Assembly (NCBI RefSeq): GCF_006345805.1
Contig: NC_043002.1
Location: forward strand, 18,910,001-18,974,000
Origin: Octopus sinensis
Lineage: Eukaryota
Length of the DNA stretch: 64,000 nt
Reading direction: 5' to 3'
Below, in pieces: positions 36,651-51,104 of the stretch (positions within the stretch are counted from its first letter, which is position 1; each line of letters opens with the position of its first letter). A model generated the notes under the pieces. That model was not told where the DNA came from. It saw only the letters and a program-made list of their open reading frames with translations, and ran no database searches. The translations under genes were made by a program, and so were the position numbers.

Positions 36651-38431
36651 CAAGAACACAATTCAAGATTTCATTTAATAAAGACTCCAAGATGATTAAC
36701 TTTATTAGGATGGTGGTTCCCAAATTTATTTTGTCATGGAACCCATACTTATATTATGCTATAAACAATCCCTAATTCTAATAAGACATTAAATAAACTA
36801 ATCATTGTTTTAGAGACATAAAAAAAATACTTGTTTTGAAAATGGTAATATAAAATAATTTTCTTTTAAATTCTATCAAAAGACAACTAATCTCACAAAA
36901 CTCCTGAAATTTTTCATAAACCTTTGGGTATCTCAGAAGCTTTGAGAAATGCTGTACTAAATATCTATCTATAAACTTTCATTTTTAAGTTAAGAGTTAG
37001 AATATACTGATTTGGATGTATTCAAATATACTTTATTTGCAGCAAGCCATCACATTACTAATTAATCTGTTGTCAATGAATTTTATAATGAATTGTTTAA
37101 ATATAAGAAGGTAGCATCTAGTGTCAAATAACTTAATAAAATTCACTATGTACATTGTACATAGTGAATTTTATTAACAGAGGGCAAAGCACAAATCCAT
37201 ATAACATTCCATCAGACAGATTTTCATCAAGTGAAACTATATGTTGCATATGAAATGTGAGTCAGAGCACAAATAGTAAATGTAATATGGTAAGTTATAA
37301 CGAAGTTATACTGCATATTGGTCAAACTTATCTCCTGTAATGAGCTGTGTACACAATACAAAAGTAGCTATCAAATTCTTTAGATCTTGCTTCACTATCA
37401 AACCTTTATTTTTTACCTTTGACTTCGGCTCGGTATGGATTTATTGTACACAATGGCACCCAGGTAGATAACTCAAGAAAATTATGAATCAAAGATATCT
37501 TTTCCTCTGATACATTGTAATGTGATGCTAGATGTACCATACAGGGCGTTATAGGTATGTCTCTAAGATTTATGGTTGGAAGGGAAAATGTAGAAGCAGG
37601 TTATCAGACACATTGATATTAAAAATGAAGGATGGGAAAGTTATTTTGGGGGGATGTCTTAAGAAAATAACAAACCAGAAAAGATTATAAAGATTTATGA
37701 TAAATCGTTGGCATTTAAAACTACTTTAATAACAATGAGATACAAAATTTCAAATGTCAGTTTCTCAACAGTACCAATACACAGATATGTGTAATGAAAT
37801 GAGTACTATGGTTACAAATTTTCTTTCAGTCCATAAAGGAGAATGAAACTGTCAAGTGTCAAGCTGTATTTCCTACACATTTCACAAAATCACTGACTTT
37901 CTTGTTAAGTGATTGATTTACCATAGTTAACACACTATTTCACTCTCTTCTCCATCAAATACCTGTGTATCAAAGTACTGCATTAAATCTGTTTTTGCCC
38001 AATACATCCTATTATCATCCTTGTGTACTGCTATCCATCACTCCCTCTCCTCCAGGTAACTTGTAAATGACGATTAAACTCTCTTACAATCATGCATCTC
38101 TGCAACTATCCATCACTAACCCTCTCTCTTACTATCTGCCATTAGTGCCTTTCTTCTGTTACCCTAGGGAATCAAAGAGGCCTCAAATTAAAGTTTGCAA
38201 AAACTCAATTTTTGTTAGAAAGAAGACATGAACCAGCTACCAGATTATAACCCCCCATTATTACTGTCCCCCTTTTATTATCATTATTAGCACTGTCTTT
38301 CTACCATTCCCTCTTTTAACACCTTTTATTCAAATTATTCTGTTTGTTCTATTATACTTTTAGTTCTTTTGTCCTCTCACCCTTGTTCATGCTCTATCTG
38401 TTCTTTCCAGCCTCTTAGTCATGCTGCCTTG

Positions 38432-38985
38432 AATAATAATAATAATAATGAAATTACTGTGTATAGTGTTCAGGTGCACTACAACTTATCAAAGGTGCAT
38501 GTATAGTACATAGAATTATGTACAAATGTCAGGAAAGTGAACAGTGCAAGAGTCATGATATACATGTCTGCATACATATGGAGGGAGGATATCAGGTGTA
38601 GTGCTGGCGAATTTCAGCAAGCAATGTCTTGGCAACTAACAACTGATGCAGGTAGTTTGTTCCATGCTTCAGCAATTCTGAGTGTGAAAAAATATTTAGA
38701 AAGTCATGGGAGCTGTGCTGTTTTCTGACTTTGGAGGCATGCCTACATGTGATAGACACATGGAATTCAAAAAGGTGCTCAAGGTTGTTGTTGTTGGCAT
38801 GATGGTTAATAATTTTGTGGGTGTTTACCAAGTCAGTTGCCAGACATCAGAGCTTCAAAGTATGCATGCCCAGGGAAACAAGGTGTTCAGAGTATGGTAG
38901 ATGCCTGATGGAGAGTATTCAGTTGGTTCCAGGATGTCAATGTTCTGAGCAAGATAGAGGTTCCAGACTGGTGATGCAAATTCTA
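38432..38985 (-). mobile_element. CR1-type LINE 3' fragment
   Basis: (AAT)n tail and body homologous to 32604-33102. Confidence 0.85.
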
Positions 38986-39405
38986 AGTGTGGCCACACCA
39001 TAGCCATATAGATAGCTGGAGGGTGGTAGAGCAGTAAAAACTATTAAGCTCTGCAAGATATAAAGTAGCCTTACCAGAGCTGGTGTCATGATATAATGTG
39101 TCTACTGTACCACTATACATTGTATACATACTATTGTTAGGAAGGGCATCTAGCCATCGAAACCATGCCAAATTGAATATGAGTGAGATATATACCTTCA
39201 ACATACATAGGAAGGAACTGAATAAAACCCATTGGTCATGACAGTGTCTTTCCTATAAAATTTAGTTGAAATGAGAACTATATAGAGATGTTTTAAAACT
39301 TTTAGGAAAATATTTCCTAGGTATATGACATAGGTGCAAATTTGTGAATTGGCTTCTGTATTTTAAATAAATACATCCAATGAAATGTTTTCCCAAATTT
39401 CAGTG

Positions 39406-40272
39406 TTAATGCTCTTCTCCAAAATGGACTTTATTTTTATGAGTTCTTAAGCGACTATAAACATAGAATGTTTTCCCACAAATATCACAATGATATGGTT
39501 TTTCACCAGTATGACTATATTCATGAACTGAAAGGTCCCGGTTTCTAGAGAATGCTTTCCCACAAGTTTCACACTGGTATGGCCTTTCACCAGTATGAAC
39601 ACGTTTATGGCTGGCTAAGTTACTGTAATCTGAAAATGCTGTCCCACAGATTTCACAAATATAAGGTTTTAATCCAGTGTGGAGAATTTGATGTCTTTTT
39701 AAGCTAAATCCTCTGGAAAATGCTTTTCCACAAACATCACAAGTGTATGGTTTTTCTCCTGTGTGTACTCGTTTATGTTTTTCGAAGCATGCCAATTTAG
39801 TAAATGTGTGCCCACAAACTTCACAATGGTAGGGCCTTTCTCCTGTATGAAGGTATATATGACATTTTAATGATGATTGTCTAGCAAAAGGTTTTTCACA
39901 AACATTGCACTTATAAGGCTTTTCTCCAATATGAACGATACGTACATGATTTGATAAAGTTCCTTTTTGAGAAAATGATTTTCCACAAATTTCACAGTCG
40001 TAAGGTCTTTGTGTTGCATGAATTGCACGTTTATGAGATGATAAGTTGGAATTTTTAGAAAATGATTTCCCCCAAATTTCACAGTGCTTACGTTTGTCTC
40101 CTACATGGAAAGCGCATTTATGTGATGATAATTCAGTACTCAGAGTAAATGCTTCTCCACAATCCTCACATCGGTAAGGTCTTTCTCTTGAGTGAATGAG
40201 CTTATGAGCATTCAATGCTTGACTGGTAGAAAGAAACTTATTACAAAATTCACAGTAGTATATTTCCTCCAT
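39406..40272 (-). CDS. C2H2 zinc-finger protein B, 10 finger repeats (finger 3 C->W), 288 aa
   Basis: ORF 39406-40296; first ATG (MEEIYY) at 40272; acceptor CATTTCAG|G at 40676-40678. Confidence 0.92.
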   Translation of the reverse strand: MEEIYYCEFCNKFLSTSQALNAHKLIHSRERPYRCEDCGEAFTLSTELSSHKCAFHVGDKRKHCEIWGKSFSKNSNLSSHKRAIHATQRPYDCEICGKSFSQKGTLSNHVRIVHIGEKPYKCNVCEKPFARQSSLKCHIYLHTGERPYHCEVCGHTFTKLACFEKHKRVHTGEKPYTCDVCGKAFSRGFSLKRHQILHTGLKPYICEICGTAFSDYSNLASHKRVHTGERPYQCETCGKAFSRNRDLSVHEYSHTGEKPYHCDICGKTFYVYSRLRTHKNKVHFGEEH

Positions 40273-40963
40273 CTTAACACATTCACATGCAGACAAATTA
40301 CTCTTTTGAAAAAAATGTTTTCACATAAACTTCACACCAGAAAAGTGTTTCAGGTATTTAAATCATCTTAAATATACCAATTTTTCAAATTACGAATACA
40401 ATAAAAATACAAATGTTCCAACAAGTTTCACACTAAACTATATCTTCTCTATCTAAATCTCTTGGTGTTTACTTCAGATCATTCACCCGTAATATGTTGT
40501 ATCAGTTTAAATTGCAAATTTGGTCACAGTTATCTTACTATTCAGCTCAGGATGTTTAGCATATTTTTAATCTAAAAAAAAAAAAAGTACTGATAAATGT
40601 TACAGCGTTTATTTCAACTAAGTCTGTTGAATCACAATCCTTCTGGTAGAAAATTTTCCAACTGAATGGGATAACCTGAAATGAAAGAAAACAAATATTA
40701 ATTTGTGATCAACAAGAGCCCAAACAGTGATAATTTTACTTGTGTGACAGCTGAATTGTGTGTGTGTGTAAACTTTAAATATGTAAATAGACTTAGTAAT
40801 TCTCTTCATAGACACACACAAGATTATCCTAGTGTGTTTCAAAGTCTGTTGAAATGCACAGAAGTATGCTCCTTGCCTTTCTGCCCACAAAGAAAGCTTG
40901 GAGCAAATGACTACTTAAATCCAAACCAAACCTACACTGTGGGCAAAAAAGAATGATGACGTA

Positions 40964-41332
40964 TACTCTTTTACTTGTTTCAGTCATTTGACTGTGGCCA
41001 TGCTGGAGCACTGCCTTTAGTCAACCCCCAGGACTTATTCTTTGTAAGCCTAGTACTTATTCTATTGGTCTCTTTCGCTGAACCGCTAAGTTACAGGAAC
41101 GTAAACACACCAGCATTGTTTGTCAAGCGATGTTGGGCGGGGGCACACAAACACATACATATATACGACGGGCTTCTTTCAGTTTCCATCTACCAAATCC
41201 ACTCACCACAAGGCTTTGGTTGGCCCGAGGCTATAGTAGAAGACACTTGTCCAAGGTGCCATGCAGTGGGACTGAACCTGGAATCATGTGGTTTGTAAGC
41301 AAGTTATTTACCACGCAGCCACTCCTACGCCT
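40964..41332 (-). mobile_element. tRNA-derived SINE (family 1)
   Basis: Near-identical architecture to 29742-30154. Confidence 0.9.
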
Positions 41333-41619
41333 ATATTTACATTTATTTAAAGACTCACAAGAAAGGTTTGAAATAACCAACAAACTGTACTTTTAACTGC
41401 TTTAAATTAGATACTGAGCATAAAATATTTATCAATTATTAACAAAGATGAGTCAAAAGTTTTGCAATATTTACATATGTGCTGGTTTGCAGCATGACCA
41501 AAGCAGTTCAAGCCATGAAAAGTACCCACTGAGGCTGCTAGTATTGTGGTAGGTGATGTGATGATGCAGTGTGCATTGCTTCACTCTATTTTTGATTTGA
41601 AAGCCACACAGATGACTGC

Positions 41620-42852
41620 GCAATGTAGTCTAATTTAGGAATTTATGCTTTTCATGTTCTAAATGAGTTGTAACACTGCAGAAACAACCAAACACATTTG
41701 TTGTATGAAAGGTGAAGGTACAACTGATCACAGTACAGTAACCAGAAGGTTCAAGAAATTTTGCTCACGTTGCAAGAACTTTAACAATCAGGAAAGGTCA
41801 AGTAGGCCTAAAACCATGGATTCTGAGGCTATGCTCCAAGCCAAAAAAGTAAATATCTGGTGAGAAGCATTCAGAGAGTAAGAGGGAAGCTAAGAATTTC
41901 ACAGTTCAGTGGGGCCATCACCTTCACAATCTCAGCAAAAGCACACTAGCCTGCCAAACTCTACCTAACAAATTGACCCGAGCGCAACACAGAGGCCAGT
42001 GGATGTTTGCAACCAATCCTGGGAAACCTACATGACCTGTGTTTCAAAGATTAATAATGTGATGAAAAGGGGATTTTTTCCACACTCCTAACATGCATAA
42101 GCAGTGGTTAAGCAAGAGGTAACTTCTAGAACCTACCACCAAACATGGGTATTTAAAACACAAAGTAATACTGTGTATGGTGGAATTATGAGGGGATAAT
42201 TCACTACAAGTTCATTCTGGGTTGATTGGTATTGATGCCATCCTATACTCCAAACAGCTCAAGTGGATGTATGCCATTGTGTGGCAAAAATACCCAACAG
42301 AAAGCAAGCTCTTCTGTAGCAAAACCTCCTACCACTCAAGCAACCTGGAATAAACTCCAGAAACTTGAGGAAATCAAACTGATGCCACACCAGGGGCAGA
42401 CTGAGAGTATTGAGGGCCATCAGGCATAACTGTTTACTGGGCCCCTTTGAATGTGTGTATAAGTAGAGTTAACATCTAGAGTGCGGCCCCTCAGAGCTCC
42501 AGGCCCTCGGGTAGTGTCCGATTGACTGATGGCTCAGTCCACCCCAGTGCCACACTCAGCTTGTAGTCTAGACCTAGCTCCTTCAGATTATTACTTGTTC
42601 CAATCCATGGCTCACTTTCTACACACATGATGCTTCAATAACCAAGAGGAAGTGGAAGCTTCAGTAAAGGATTTTTTTGTCACGAAGAGCAAAAACTAGC
42701 ATCATTGTGGGATCAAAGAACTGGTAAAAAAAATGGCTTCATATGGTGCAACAAGGTGGCCTTTATTTTTAAAAGCTAGGCTGCTTTTTTTTGTAACTTG
42801 ATGAATAAAGCAAATAAGAAAAATATTGCAAAACTTTTGACTCAATCTTGTA
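41620..42852 (+). mobile_element. Decayed mariner
   Basis: HTH NTAETTKHIC..GEG..TVTRRFKKF..RSSRP; TCDEK; VILCVWWNYEGIIHY; C-terminus FNNQEEVEASVKDFF; TIR-like AACTTTTGACTCAATCT. Confidence 0.6.
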
Positions 42853-44323
42853 ATTAAACTGAGAACGAAGACATGACATGAAAACTAGTTTAGCCATTAT
42901 AAGTAAGTTCTGCTTTCTGTTTTGATCTAAATAGCAATTTGCTGAAAGTTCTTTATATGAGAATAAAGGATTACAGGAAGCAGTTACTTGTCACCCGATG
43001 AGTTTTATAGTTAAGGGGGAAAAGTGGCAGATGAATGGGTGAAAATTAAACACTTAAAAATCTGTTTTGTTTTATTCACTTTGACAAAATACTACCTCTG
43101 TTATTAAAACTATAGGAATCTGAAGAAATATTTTGTGGAAAAAGGAGTGTTGTGCCATTTCGACATGTTCGGCCGAAAAGCGTTAATATTTCCACCTTGA
43201 ATTTGTGATCACAAACAAACAAAAAATACCAATTCTATTATCTTGTAGGGAGAGTATAGAGTGAAAGTGAATTGACATGCAAAGAATGCATTAATATTCG
43301 ATATATCTCTACATACAACACAAAAAGGAAATATGGATGTCGCGAGTGTTATGGGAAAGACATTAAGCTGCATTGGGTGGTGAAACTCGAGTTCAGGAGC
43401 TAGGGTGAGTATGGAGTTTTTCTTAGAGTCACCACTAACGACATATTAAACGCCTTAATTGCGTGTGAAATAACAGATAGTTTTGTGGCTTAAGTATAAA
43501 GTATTCGGACAGAGCAAACTCTTAGATGTTTCACACAAACCAACCGTTTTGTGGATGTGCCCTGATATCACGTGGATTAATACATTTACCTAAGGGTCAA
43601 GCAAGGGAGAGCAGAGACTAACTATGTAGACTGTAAATAAATGGTAGACGGTAACGATAAATCATTGCTGTATCTTTCCTTAAAAAAATTATGAATCTTC
43701 AGGCTTTGTATTAAGGTCCGACGTCTGTAAGGACAGTAGATAATAAGAGAAAGGATGTGGAGAACGCAATAATTCATATATTAACAATCACTTAGCAAGT
43801 CGGTTAGGTGCGTCGCTAATAAAGTTAACTAATAGACTAAGCTTAGTCAGTAGTTTAGTTTCGAGCTTCATCCAAGTTTTACTTTTAACATTTTTATATC
43901 CGTCGAAAATATTTCTTTACACAGTAATGCAACAGAAGATAAAGATGAAAATTACGCTCTTCACAAACATGTCACACCAGCTTAAAACGCTTACATCAAT
44001 GATCAAGACATGACAGCATATATAAATTATTAATTTATATATTTTGATCATTGATCTAACTAGTTTTAAAAGAGAATATGACAGGAAGAATAACTGCTTT
44101 GAGCTTTATTCGCTGTTAAATTTTCCTTGAGACATTCTGTAACTTTTTAAATCGCATTTTAAATAGGTGAACGTAAAAACAGAGTATTTAATGCGAAAGG
44201 GAAATATAAAAAGCAAATTTGCAATATCCGAATCTGGATTTATTCAAAATTTAACAAGATTTAAATAATTTTGTAGTCTAAAGCTTCTAACAACTGCCTA
44301 CGTTAATATCACACAAAATTCAC

Positions 44324-44430
44324 CTTACCAGAGCACTGTCTTCTTTCTAATTCAGCACTGTATATAGTTAAACACACAAACCACTACACCTTAGTAAAAT
44401 GTATGTGTTAGACATTTGTATGATTTAACA
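44324..44430 (-). other. Non-coding exon 1 of ZNF B (approximate)
   Basis: CCTTACCAGAGCACTGTCTT block identical to ZNF A; donor AAG|GTGAAT at 44323. Confidence 0.65.
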
Positions 44431-44499
44431 TAAGAGGCTAATGGTTAATTTATTTCGCATCTACATAATCGCGTGTATATATGTATGTACATTGCAGAG

Positions 44500-44564
44500 G
44501 TGGCGCCGCTTTCGTTAGCTTCTGGGACAATATAAATGAAGAGTAACTTCCCTTCATTTAAGGG
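44500..44564 (-). promoter_or_regulatory. Conserved ZNF upstream module, copy B
   Basis: GTGGCGCC and, 36 bp on, ATGAAGAGTAACTTCCCTTCATTTAAGGG. Confidence 0.75.
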
Positions 44565-44581
44565 ACATGTATTTCTAATTT

Positions 44582-44785
44582 CATATTTTGGCACAAGACC
44601 TACTATTTGACTGTAGGATGTAAGTCGATTCCATTAACCTCAGTACTCAGCTGGTACTTATTTTACTGACCAGAGATGGAGAGAAGGCAAAGACCGCGGC
44701 GGAATTGAGCTCAGAGTATAAAGACAACGAAATGCCGCTAAGCATTTTGTCCGGTGTGCTAACGATTCTGCCAGCTCGCCACCTT
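44582..44785 (-). mobile_element. SINE family 3
   Basis: Minus-strand head AAGGTGGCGAGCTGGCAGAATCGTTAGC..GAGCTCAATTCC; also at 50913-51104, 59660-59865, 21680-21770, 60600-60735 and 62195-62310. Confidence 0.8.
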
Positions 44786-45108
44786 AAATGTTTTTATATT
44801 AGAATTGTTGCACTCTTAATAAACATGACACTTTAGATTCTCGGTCTACTTTACGGTATTTTCCCCCTTATGTAGTAAGTACTTTCAGAATAACTTTTTG
44901 TAACACCTACTAAATTCGCTATCTCCTCAAAGACAATCAACCACCAAATTCAGTACCATTCTTAAAGCACAGGCACATGGTAATTTCCTATTTGATATTC
45001 GTAAAATCATAACGAACCAAAAAGTTCATTTCAATAAAATATTTGTTATGAGTGGTACACACTGGAAACAGTGAGTAAAAAGTGAGGGAGATAGTTAGAC
45101 TTATTTTA

Positions 45109-45386
45109 TAATAATAATAAAATTATTGTATACAGTGCTCAGGTGCACCACAACTTGTCAGAAAGTGCATATAAAGTACATGCAGTAATGTAGAAATGTC
45201 TGGAAAGCGAACAATGTATGAGTCAGATACATGCTTGTGTGTGTATGGAGGGGAGAAAATCAAGTGTAGTATTGGCGAATCTCAGAAAGCATGGAAGTTT
45301 TGAAGGATGCAGTACTCCGACAACTAACAACTGATGCCGGCAGTTTGTACCATGCTTCAGCAACTCTCAGCGTGAAAAAGAGTTTC
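45109..45386 (-). mobile_element. CR1-type LINE 3' fragment
   Basis: FFTLRVAEAWYKLPASVVSCRSTASFK and (AAT)n tail. Confidence 0.85.
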
Positions 45387-47958
45387 GCTCTGGGCACATG
45401 TGAGAATCCTTCAACAATCCACGCCAGGCAATACAAGTCGCTGAATCTGACAAAGATCAAACCAGTGTCGTAAGTGTATGCTTTTCATTGATTATCTGTT
45501 GATCTGTAAGTATTTCGTTGGAATTCACAATAAAACTGGGTGCAACAGGTGAAAACTAGTGATCTCTTAGATCGTTTTAAAAAGGTTACTGAGAAAGTAA
45601 ATGCTCTGCTTATTACAAAGAATATTCTTAATTGAAAGTTTGAAGAAGATCTAATTAGTGATACTAGAAATGGCAAAATAGCTCATTACTAGATAAAACC
45701 AATATGTCAAGAAACTAAAAACCCATCAAGTAATTGCCATTATTACATTAATATTTTTCTTTGGTGAGTCATTCAAGATATTCGTGATGCAAGTGGTTAT
45801 AAGTACTTTGAAAGTATATATAAAAAGAAAACTTGATTACTATTGAAAAAATTATACCAGTAGAGTTAATCATGGTGTTTCTGAAAATCTGAAGGCATAT
45901 TCCTTTCTTAATTGGGTGTTTGTCATTCATTACAATTGACAATGTCCCTAGTTTCAGCAGAATCTTTTCCAAGAAATTAAACATTTTGGCTGCCAAAAAA
46001 TGTGATTTTTTTTCACTCTTTATCAAGGCAAGAAGTGTACAAGCATTTGTATAAGCAGTCAATGACAATGAAACTCTTCTGAAAATTTTGAACAATTGTA
46101 AAACTATAACCTGTACAGCAGTAAAGGGAAATAGACAGAGGCTGATAGATTTGTGTCTCATGGAGAAGTGCATTAATAAACAGGTGATATATAGGGACTA
46201 GGCTGATTTGGAGTTCACAAATGTTAGTGAAAAGAGGGAGAATAGTCTAGTGGGTGTAATTCTAGTTATTGGCAAACAGAACCTGGTTTAAGTACTAGCA
46301 AGAGAGTGAACTCTACTAAAAGTGGACCAAGTAATAGTATTTAACCAGATGGCATCAAAATGTCAACCACCCAGAAAAAAGGTTGAGTGAGAAAACCTTT
46401 ATGTCATATACAACATAATTACATAAGAAAAATTAAGTTAAACAAATATATATGTGTGTTTTTGGTTGCTAATATATGTAGTACCATTGATTTTTGGCCC
46501 TCAGCTACACAGATATATGGTATAGAAAGAGAAATTAATCTCTAAGCTGTGACTAGGTCTCTGACAAATTATCTAAGTGCCATGAATTTGTAAGCATACT
46601 GATATGGGTAACACTTGTAGTTACTGAGGGTTAGTAGTCATTCAGTATTATAGAACATTCAGCTCTGAAATGAAAGCCTTTCAGAAGTATGTTGACAATA
46701 ATTGAGATATGTGGACAATGCTAGAATTATGAGAGATTGTATTGCCTAGTATTTAAAGATACTGAAAGTTTGAATTGTGAGTTGTTTCCGATCAATTACA
46801 TATAATATTGTATTGCAACTGTAGTTCATGGAATTGAATGAGATTTTTTTTTTTCATCTTTTATTCAAGAGGGAAAGCTCTTTAAAGGGTTTTCAAGACT
46901 GGTAGGAGGGGATAAAGTATCCTTAAACCAGAGACCTGCACTGAATGCTTGCAGTAGAGTGAATTCCACTAATGGCAATAGGTTAAATTTACTACTTTAG
47001 CAGGACACGACAGGATTTGCACTCAGAATGCAAAGAGTCGAAACAAAAATGTAAATAAGTTGTCATGTCCTCATTTGAAGATATTTTCAAAGTATCAGTT
47101 TATAGAAGTAGAATATATCCAGTGTGAAGTATCTGGGCTTCAGATGGATGACACAACCATCACCTTTATCATTCTAACATCCTCTTTTCCATGCTTGCAT
47201 GGGTTGGATACCAGTATGCTAAATATCATAGTGTAAAGATAAATATTGGCTGTATTAGAATGTATGTTGTCAAAAATAACACTGAGATTATTAATACACA
47301 AAAAATAGTGTACTGGAAATTTAAGCTGAATATTGAGTCACACAACAAAGTTTACAGAATGTGAGTCAGGGAGAGGTCTGTCAAATACCACAATAAAGCT
47401 CTTTGATGAGAACTTAATGTTGCAGGACTACTTTGTCAGAAGGGTCTTAAGCTAGGCATAATAATAGTGTTTGCTGATCTGAAGAACAATAAGATTCTTT
47501 TGATCCAAGTTTTAAAAACTAGAGATCACAATAGTGTGACTAAATGTCTAATTTTGGAGTTGATTTATGCTGTTGTTTATCATATTTTCTAACATCTTTA
47601 TTACATTCTCATCTGAAAACGTAAACTATTACCTTTGAATTCATACAGAAAAAGTAAATGTTTACTGTACAATAGGAATATCTAGAAGGAGAAGGATTAC
47701 TTCAACTAACAATGAGAGAATAGATTCAAGTGTGGCAGTTGTGTAGTAGTACAACTGGTTTCTCAGACATAATTGTTGTTAGATGTTATTTGACAAAGAA
47801 CTGAAGGCTTATCAGAATACATAAAATATTTTTTAAATGAAGCTACAAAATGGACAAATACCTGTAATTTATTGGTTGGCATGTAAGAAAGTTTATTTAA
47901 TAAAAATCAAACATCACTTATGTCAATGAAATTGCTGCTCAGATTTGGTTGTTTTCCC

Positions 47959-48681
47959 TCAGTGAATCTTCTTATGTCTTCTTAATGAAATATTTCGAGA
48001 AAATGCTTTCCCACAAATATCACATTTGTATGGTTTTTCACCAGTGTGACTATATATATGAACAGAAAGGTCACAGTTTCTAGAAAATTCTTTTCCACAA
48101 AAGTCACACTTATAAGGCTTTTCTTCAGTGTGACTGTATATGTGAACAGAAAGGTCATGGTTTCTAGAAAACTCTTTATCACAAATGTCACATTTATACG
48201 GTTTTTCACCAGTATGAGTAAGTTTATGGCGTTTTAAAGAATTACTTCTAATAAATGCTCTGTCACAAACGTCACATTTGAATGGTTTTTCACCAGTATG
48301 ACTATATTTATGAAATGAAAGTTCGTTGTTTCTAAGAAAAGCTTTCCCACAAATATCACATTTATATTGTTTTTCACCAGTATGAATATGACTATGAACA
48401 TTTAGTGAACTACTCGTTGCAAATGCTCTTCCACATATATCACAACCGTATGATTTTTCACCGGTATGACTATAGTTATGAACTGTAAGATGACAGTTTC
48501 TAGAAAACGCTTTTCCACAGATATAACATTTGTATGGTTTCTCACCATGAGTTTCTTTATGACGTTTTAAAGAATCATTGCTACTGAATGCTTCTCCACA
48601 AATTCTACAGCGGTATGGTGTTTTGTCAATAATTGTATCACTGTCAGGATGAATTTCACAATAGATATATGTTTCCTCCAT
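47959..48681 (-). CDS. C2H2 zinc-finger protein C, 8 fingers, 240 aa
   Basis: ORF 47959-48732; first ATG (MEETYIY) at 48681; acceptor with long pyrimidine tract at 49150-49152. Confidence 0.9.
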   Translation of the reverse strand: MEETYIYCEIHPDSDTIIDKTPYRCRICGEAFSSNDSLKRHKETHGEKPYKCYICGKAFSRNCHLTVHNYSHTGEKSYGCDICGRAFATSSSLNVHSHIHTGEKQYKCDICGKAFLRNNELSFHKYSHTGEKPFKCDVCDRAFIRSNSLKRHKLTHTGEKPYKCDICDKEFSRNHDLSVHIYSHTEEKPYKCDFCGKEFSRNCDLSVHIYSHTGEKPYKCDICGKAFSRNISLRRHKKIH

Positions 48682-49784
48682 CACATTTCTATGTAAATAA
48701 AATATTCTTTTGAAAAACTCTTTTCCCTTCACATTGTAAAATTTATCTGGTATTTGTTATCTTACAATTATTTTCAAAATAATATTGAAACTTCTGTGTA
48801 TCTACTGTAGGTGAATGTAAAATAAAGCGTGAAAAGTAAAATTATGAGGTGGAAACCGAAACTGTACCAGCAGTCAAGTATTCTATTTGGCCATCAATGA
48901 ATTGTGTATGACTTGACTGGCTTTGAATTGGTAGAGTCATCAGTACGTTGGAGTAGCAGTACAGTTCATTACGCTGAATTCAAATTCTGTCATGGTTCGT
49001 TTTACTTTTCATCTTTCTGCTGGTTGATTAAATGATGCTCCAGTAAAGCAATCCTACATGTTTTTTTTATTTCTGTTAATCCCTCTCTTTCTATGCTTTT
49101 ACATTTGAACAGCTTTCAAATTATGTCTTGAAGATCAGAAATTCAGAATCTGAAAAAAAAAAAAGAAAAAAAAAAGATGAAAAAATTTTCCATTTTAAAT
49201 TGGGATCTAATTAGGGTTTAGAGATTTAGGACTACAGTATTTTTGGCAACTTTTGACTGTAGAATATCACTTTCACTTTCGTCAATCAACATGGCATATT
49301 CTGCTAACAGTTTGAATAGATCACACCAAAATTATTCATAGTTACATGTACTTCATTCATTAATACAAGCATGCATATATAATAATCCGAATTAATTTCA
49401 GATTTAAAATTCTTTCTTCTTTTTAATTGCAATTTTTTCTCTTTAATTAAAAAGAAACCTATTTTTTGTTCAAAACATAATCAGAACGCCATATAACATT
49501 CATAATGAAAAGAAAAGTTTAAAATAAGTTCAAATTCCATTTAATATTTTCCCTATATATATTAGGAATTATGATTATATATATGCAGGAAATTAAAGCA
49601 GAAGACAAAACTTGCAAACTGGAAGTCATTTTTTTTTAATTATTGTAATTTTAACAGTCTCGTCTGTTGACATTTCAGATATTGACAATATTCTGTTGCC
49701 AAGTAAACCAATTAATAAATTGCTAACAGTGAGATATAACCGTAACCTAAACAACCACTAATTACAGTATTACAGAGAAATTAC

Positions 49785-49880
49785 CTTACTTCTCTCTTTT
49801 TTTCAGCTGTACAGAGAAACTTTCAAGTTGATAAACACACATCGTTTCACCAGTTTTGCGATATATACTTAGCATATTTA
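49785..49880 (-). other. Non-coding exon 1 of ZNF C (approximate)
   Basis: AAG|GTAATT donor at 49784. Confidence 0.55.
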
Positions 49881-49965
49881 ATTCAGCTTCCCCATGAAAT
49901 GCGAATTTATATCGACAACATGTCTACGCATCCATTTGTGCCGCAGTGTAAGAATCATGGATAAG

Positions 49966-50025
49966 GTGGCGCCCCTAGTAGTCACATCTGAGAAAATATC
50001 AATGAAGAGTGACTTCCCTTTGTGT
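49966..50025 (-). promoter_or_regulatory. Conserved ZNF upstream module, copy C
   Basis: GTGGCGCCCCTAGTAG and, 36 bp on, ATGAAGAGTGACTTCCCTT. Confidence 0.75.
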
Positions 50026-50243
50026 TTCGACTTTTTTTTTTTTTTATTAAAATTGTTGAATTTATGGCCAAGTTTCTCTGCATTCTTCACAATATCTTTT
50101 ATTTATGTAAGCATATACTATATACGAAAATGTCTGAAAAATACAGTTATATTGAAAACATGCTGATCAACTACTTGCAGCACTTACCAAATCCACCATC
50201 TCCCTTCTTTAACAGCAACATCAAGTGTAACTTGGACATCGTT

Positions 50244-50563
50244 ATAATAGTAATAATGAAATTATTGTATACAGTGCTCAGGTGCACCACAACTTGTCAA
50301 AAGTGCGTATAAAGTATATGCAGTACTGTACAAATGTCTGGGAAGCGAACAGTGTATGAGTCAGATACATGCTTGCGTGTGTATGGAGGAGAGAAAATCA
50401 GGTGTAGTGTTGGCAAATCTCAGAAAGCATGGAAGTTTTGAAGGATACAGTGCTCCGACAACTAACAACTGATGCTGGCAGTTTGTTCCATACTTCAGCA
50501 ACTCTTAGCGTGAAAAACTGTTTCCGAACGTCATGGGAGTTGTGCTGTTTTCTGACTTTGTAA
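50244..50563 (-). mobile_element. CR1-type LINE 3' fragment
   Basis: Homologous to 45109-45386. Confidence 0.85.
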
Positions 50564-50912
50564 ACAACATAAAAAAATCACACGCTTAAAGCTTCAACAC
50601 TTAACAGCACTCACGGCTAACACAAACGAAGAATTAAAAGAAAAAGAGATTACACGGATTTTCCTCAGTTTGGCCTGGCTCTATAACAAAATATAAAGAA
50701 CATGATCACTGGGCACACATAGACCACACTATACCCATACAATGAAACAACCTAATATAAAAGGAAGACCACCTTTACATGAGAGAAGCTTAGTTTGTTC
50801 CTACAACAAACTACAACTAGGTCCTTGCAATTATATGTAAAAAATTAAACATAAAGGAACATCTGATCACCTCAGAACACTATCATACTATTTAGGAATA
50901 TTTCCATTGATA

Positions 50913-51104
50913 AAGGTGGTGAGCTGGCAGAATCGTTAATCATTAAATACTTAATGGCATTTCATCGATTTTTAGGTTCTGATTTCAAATTCTGCCTTTT
51001 ATCCTTTGGTGTTGATAAAATAGAGTACCAGTTGAACGCTGATGTTGATGTAATCAACTTTCCTCTCCCCAGAACTTGCTGGCCTTGAGCCAAAGTTTGA
51101 AACC
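50913..51104 (+). mobile_element. SINE family 3
   Basis: AAGGTGGTGAGCTGGCAGAATCGTT head; GATAAAATAGAGTACCAG core. Confidence 0.8.
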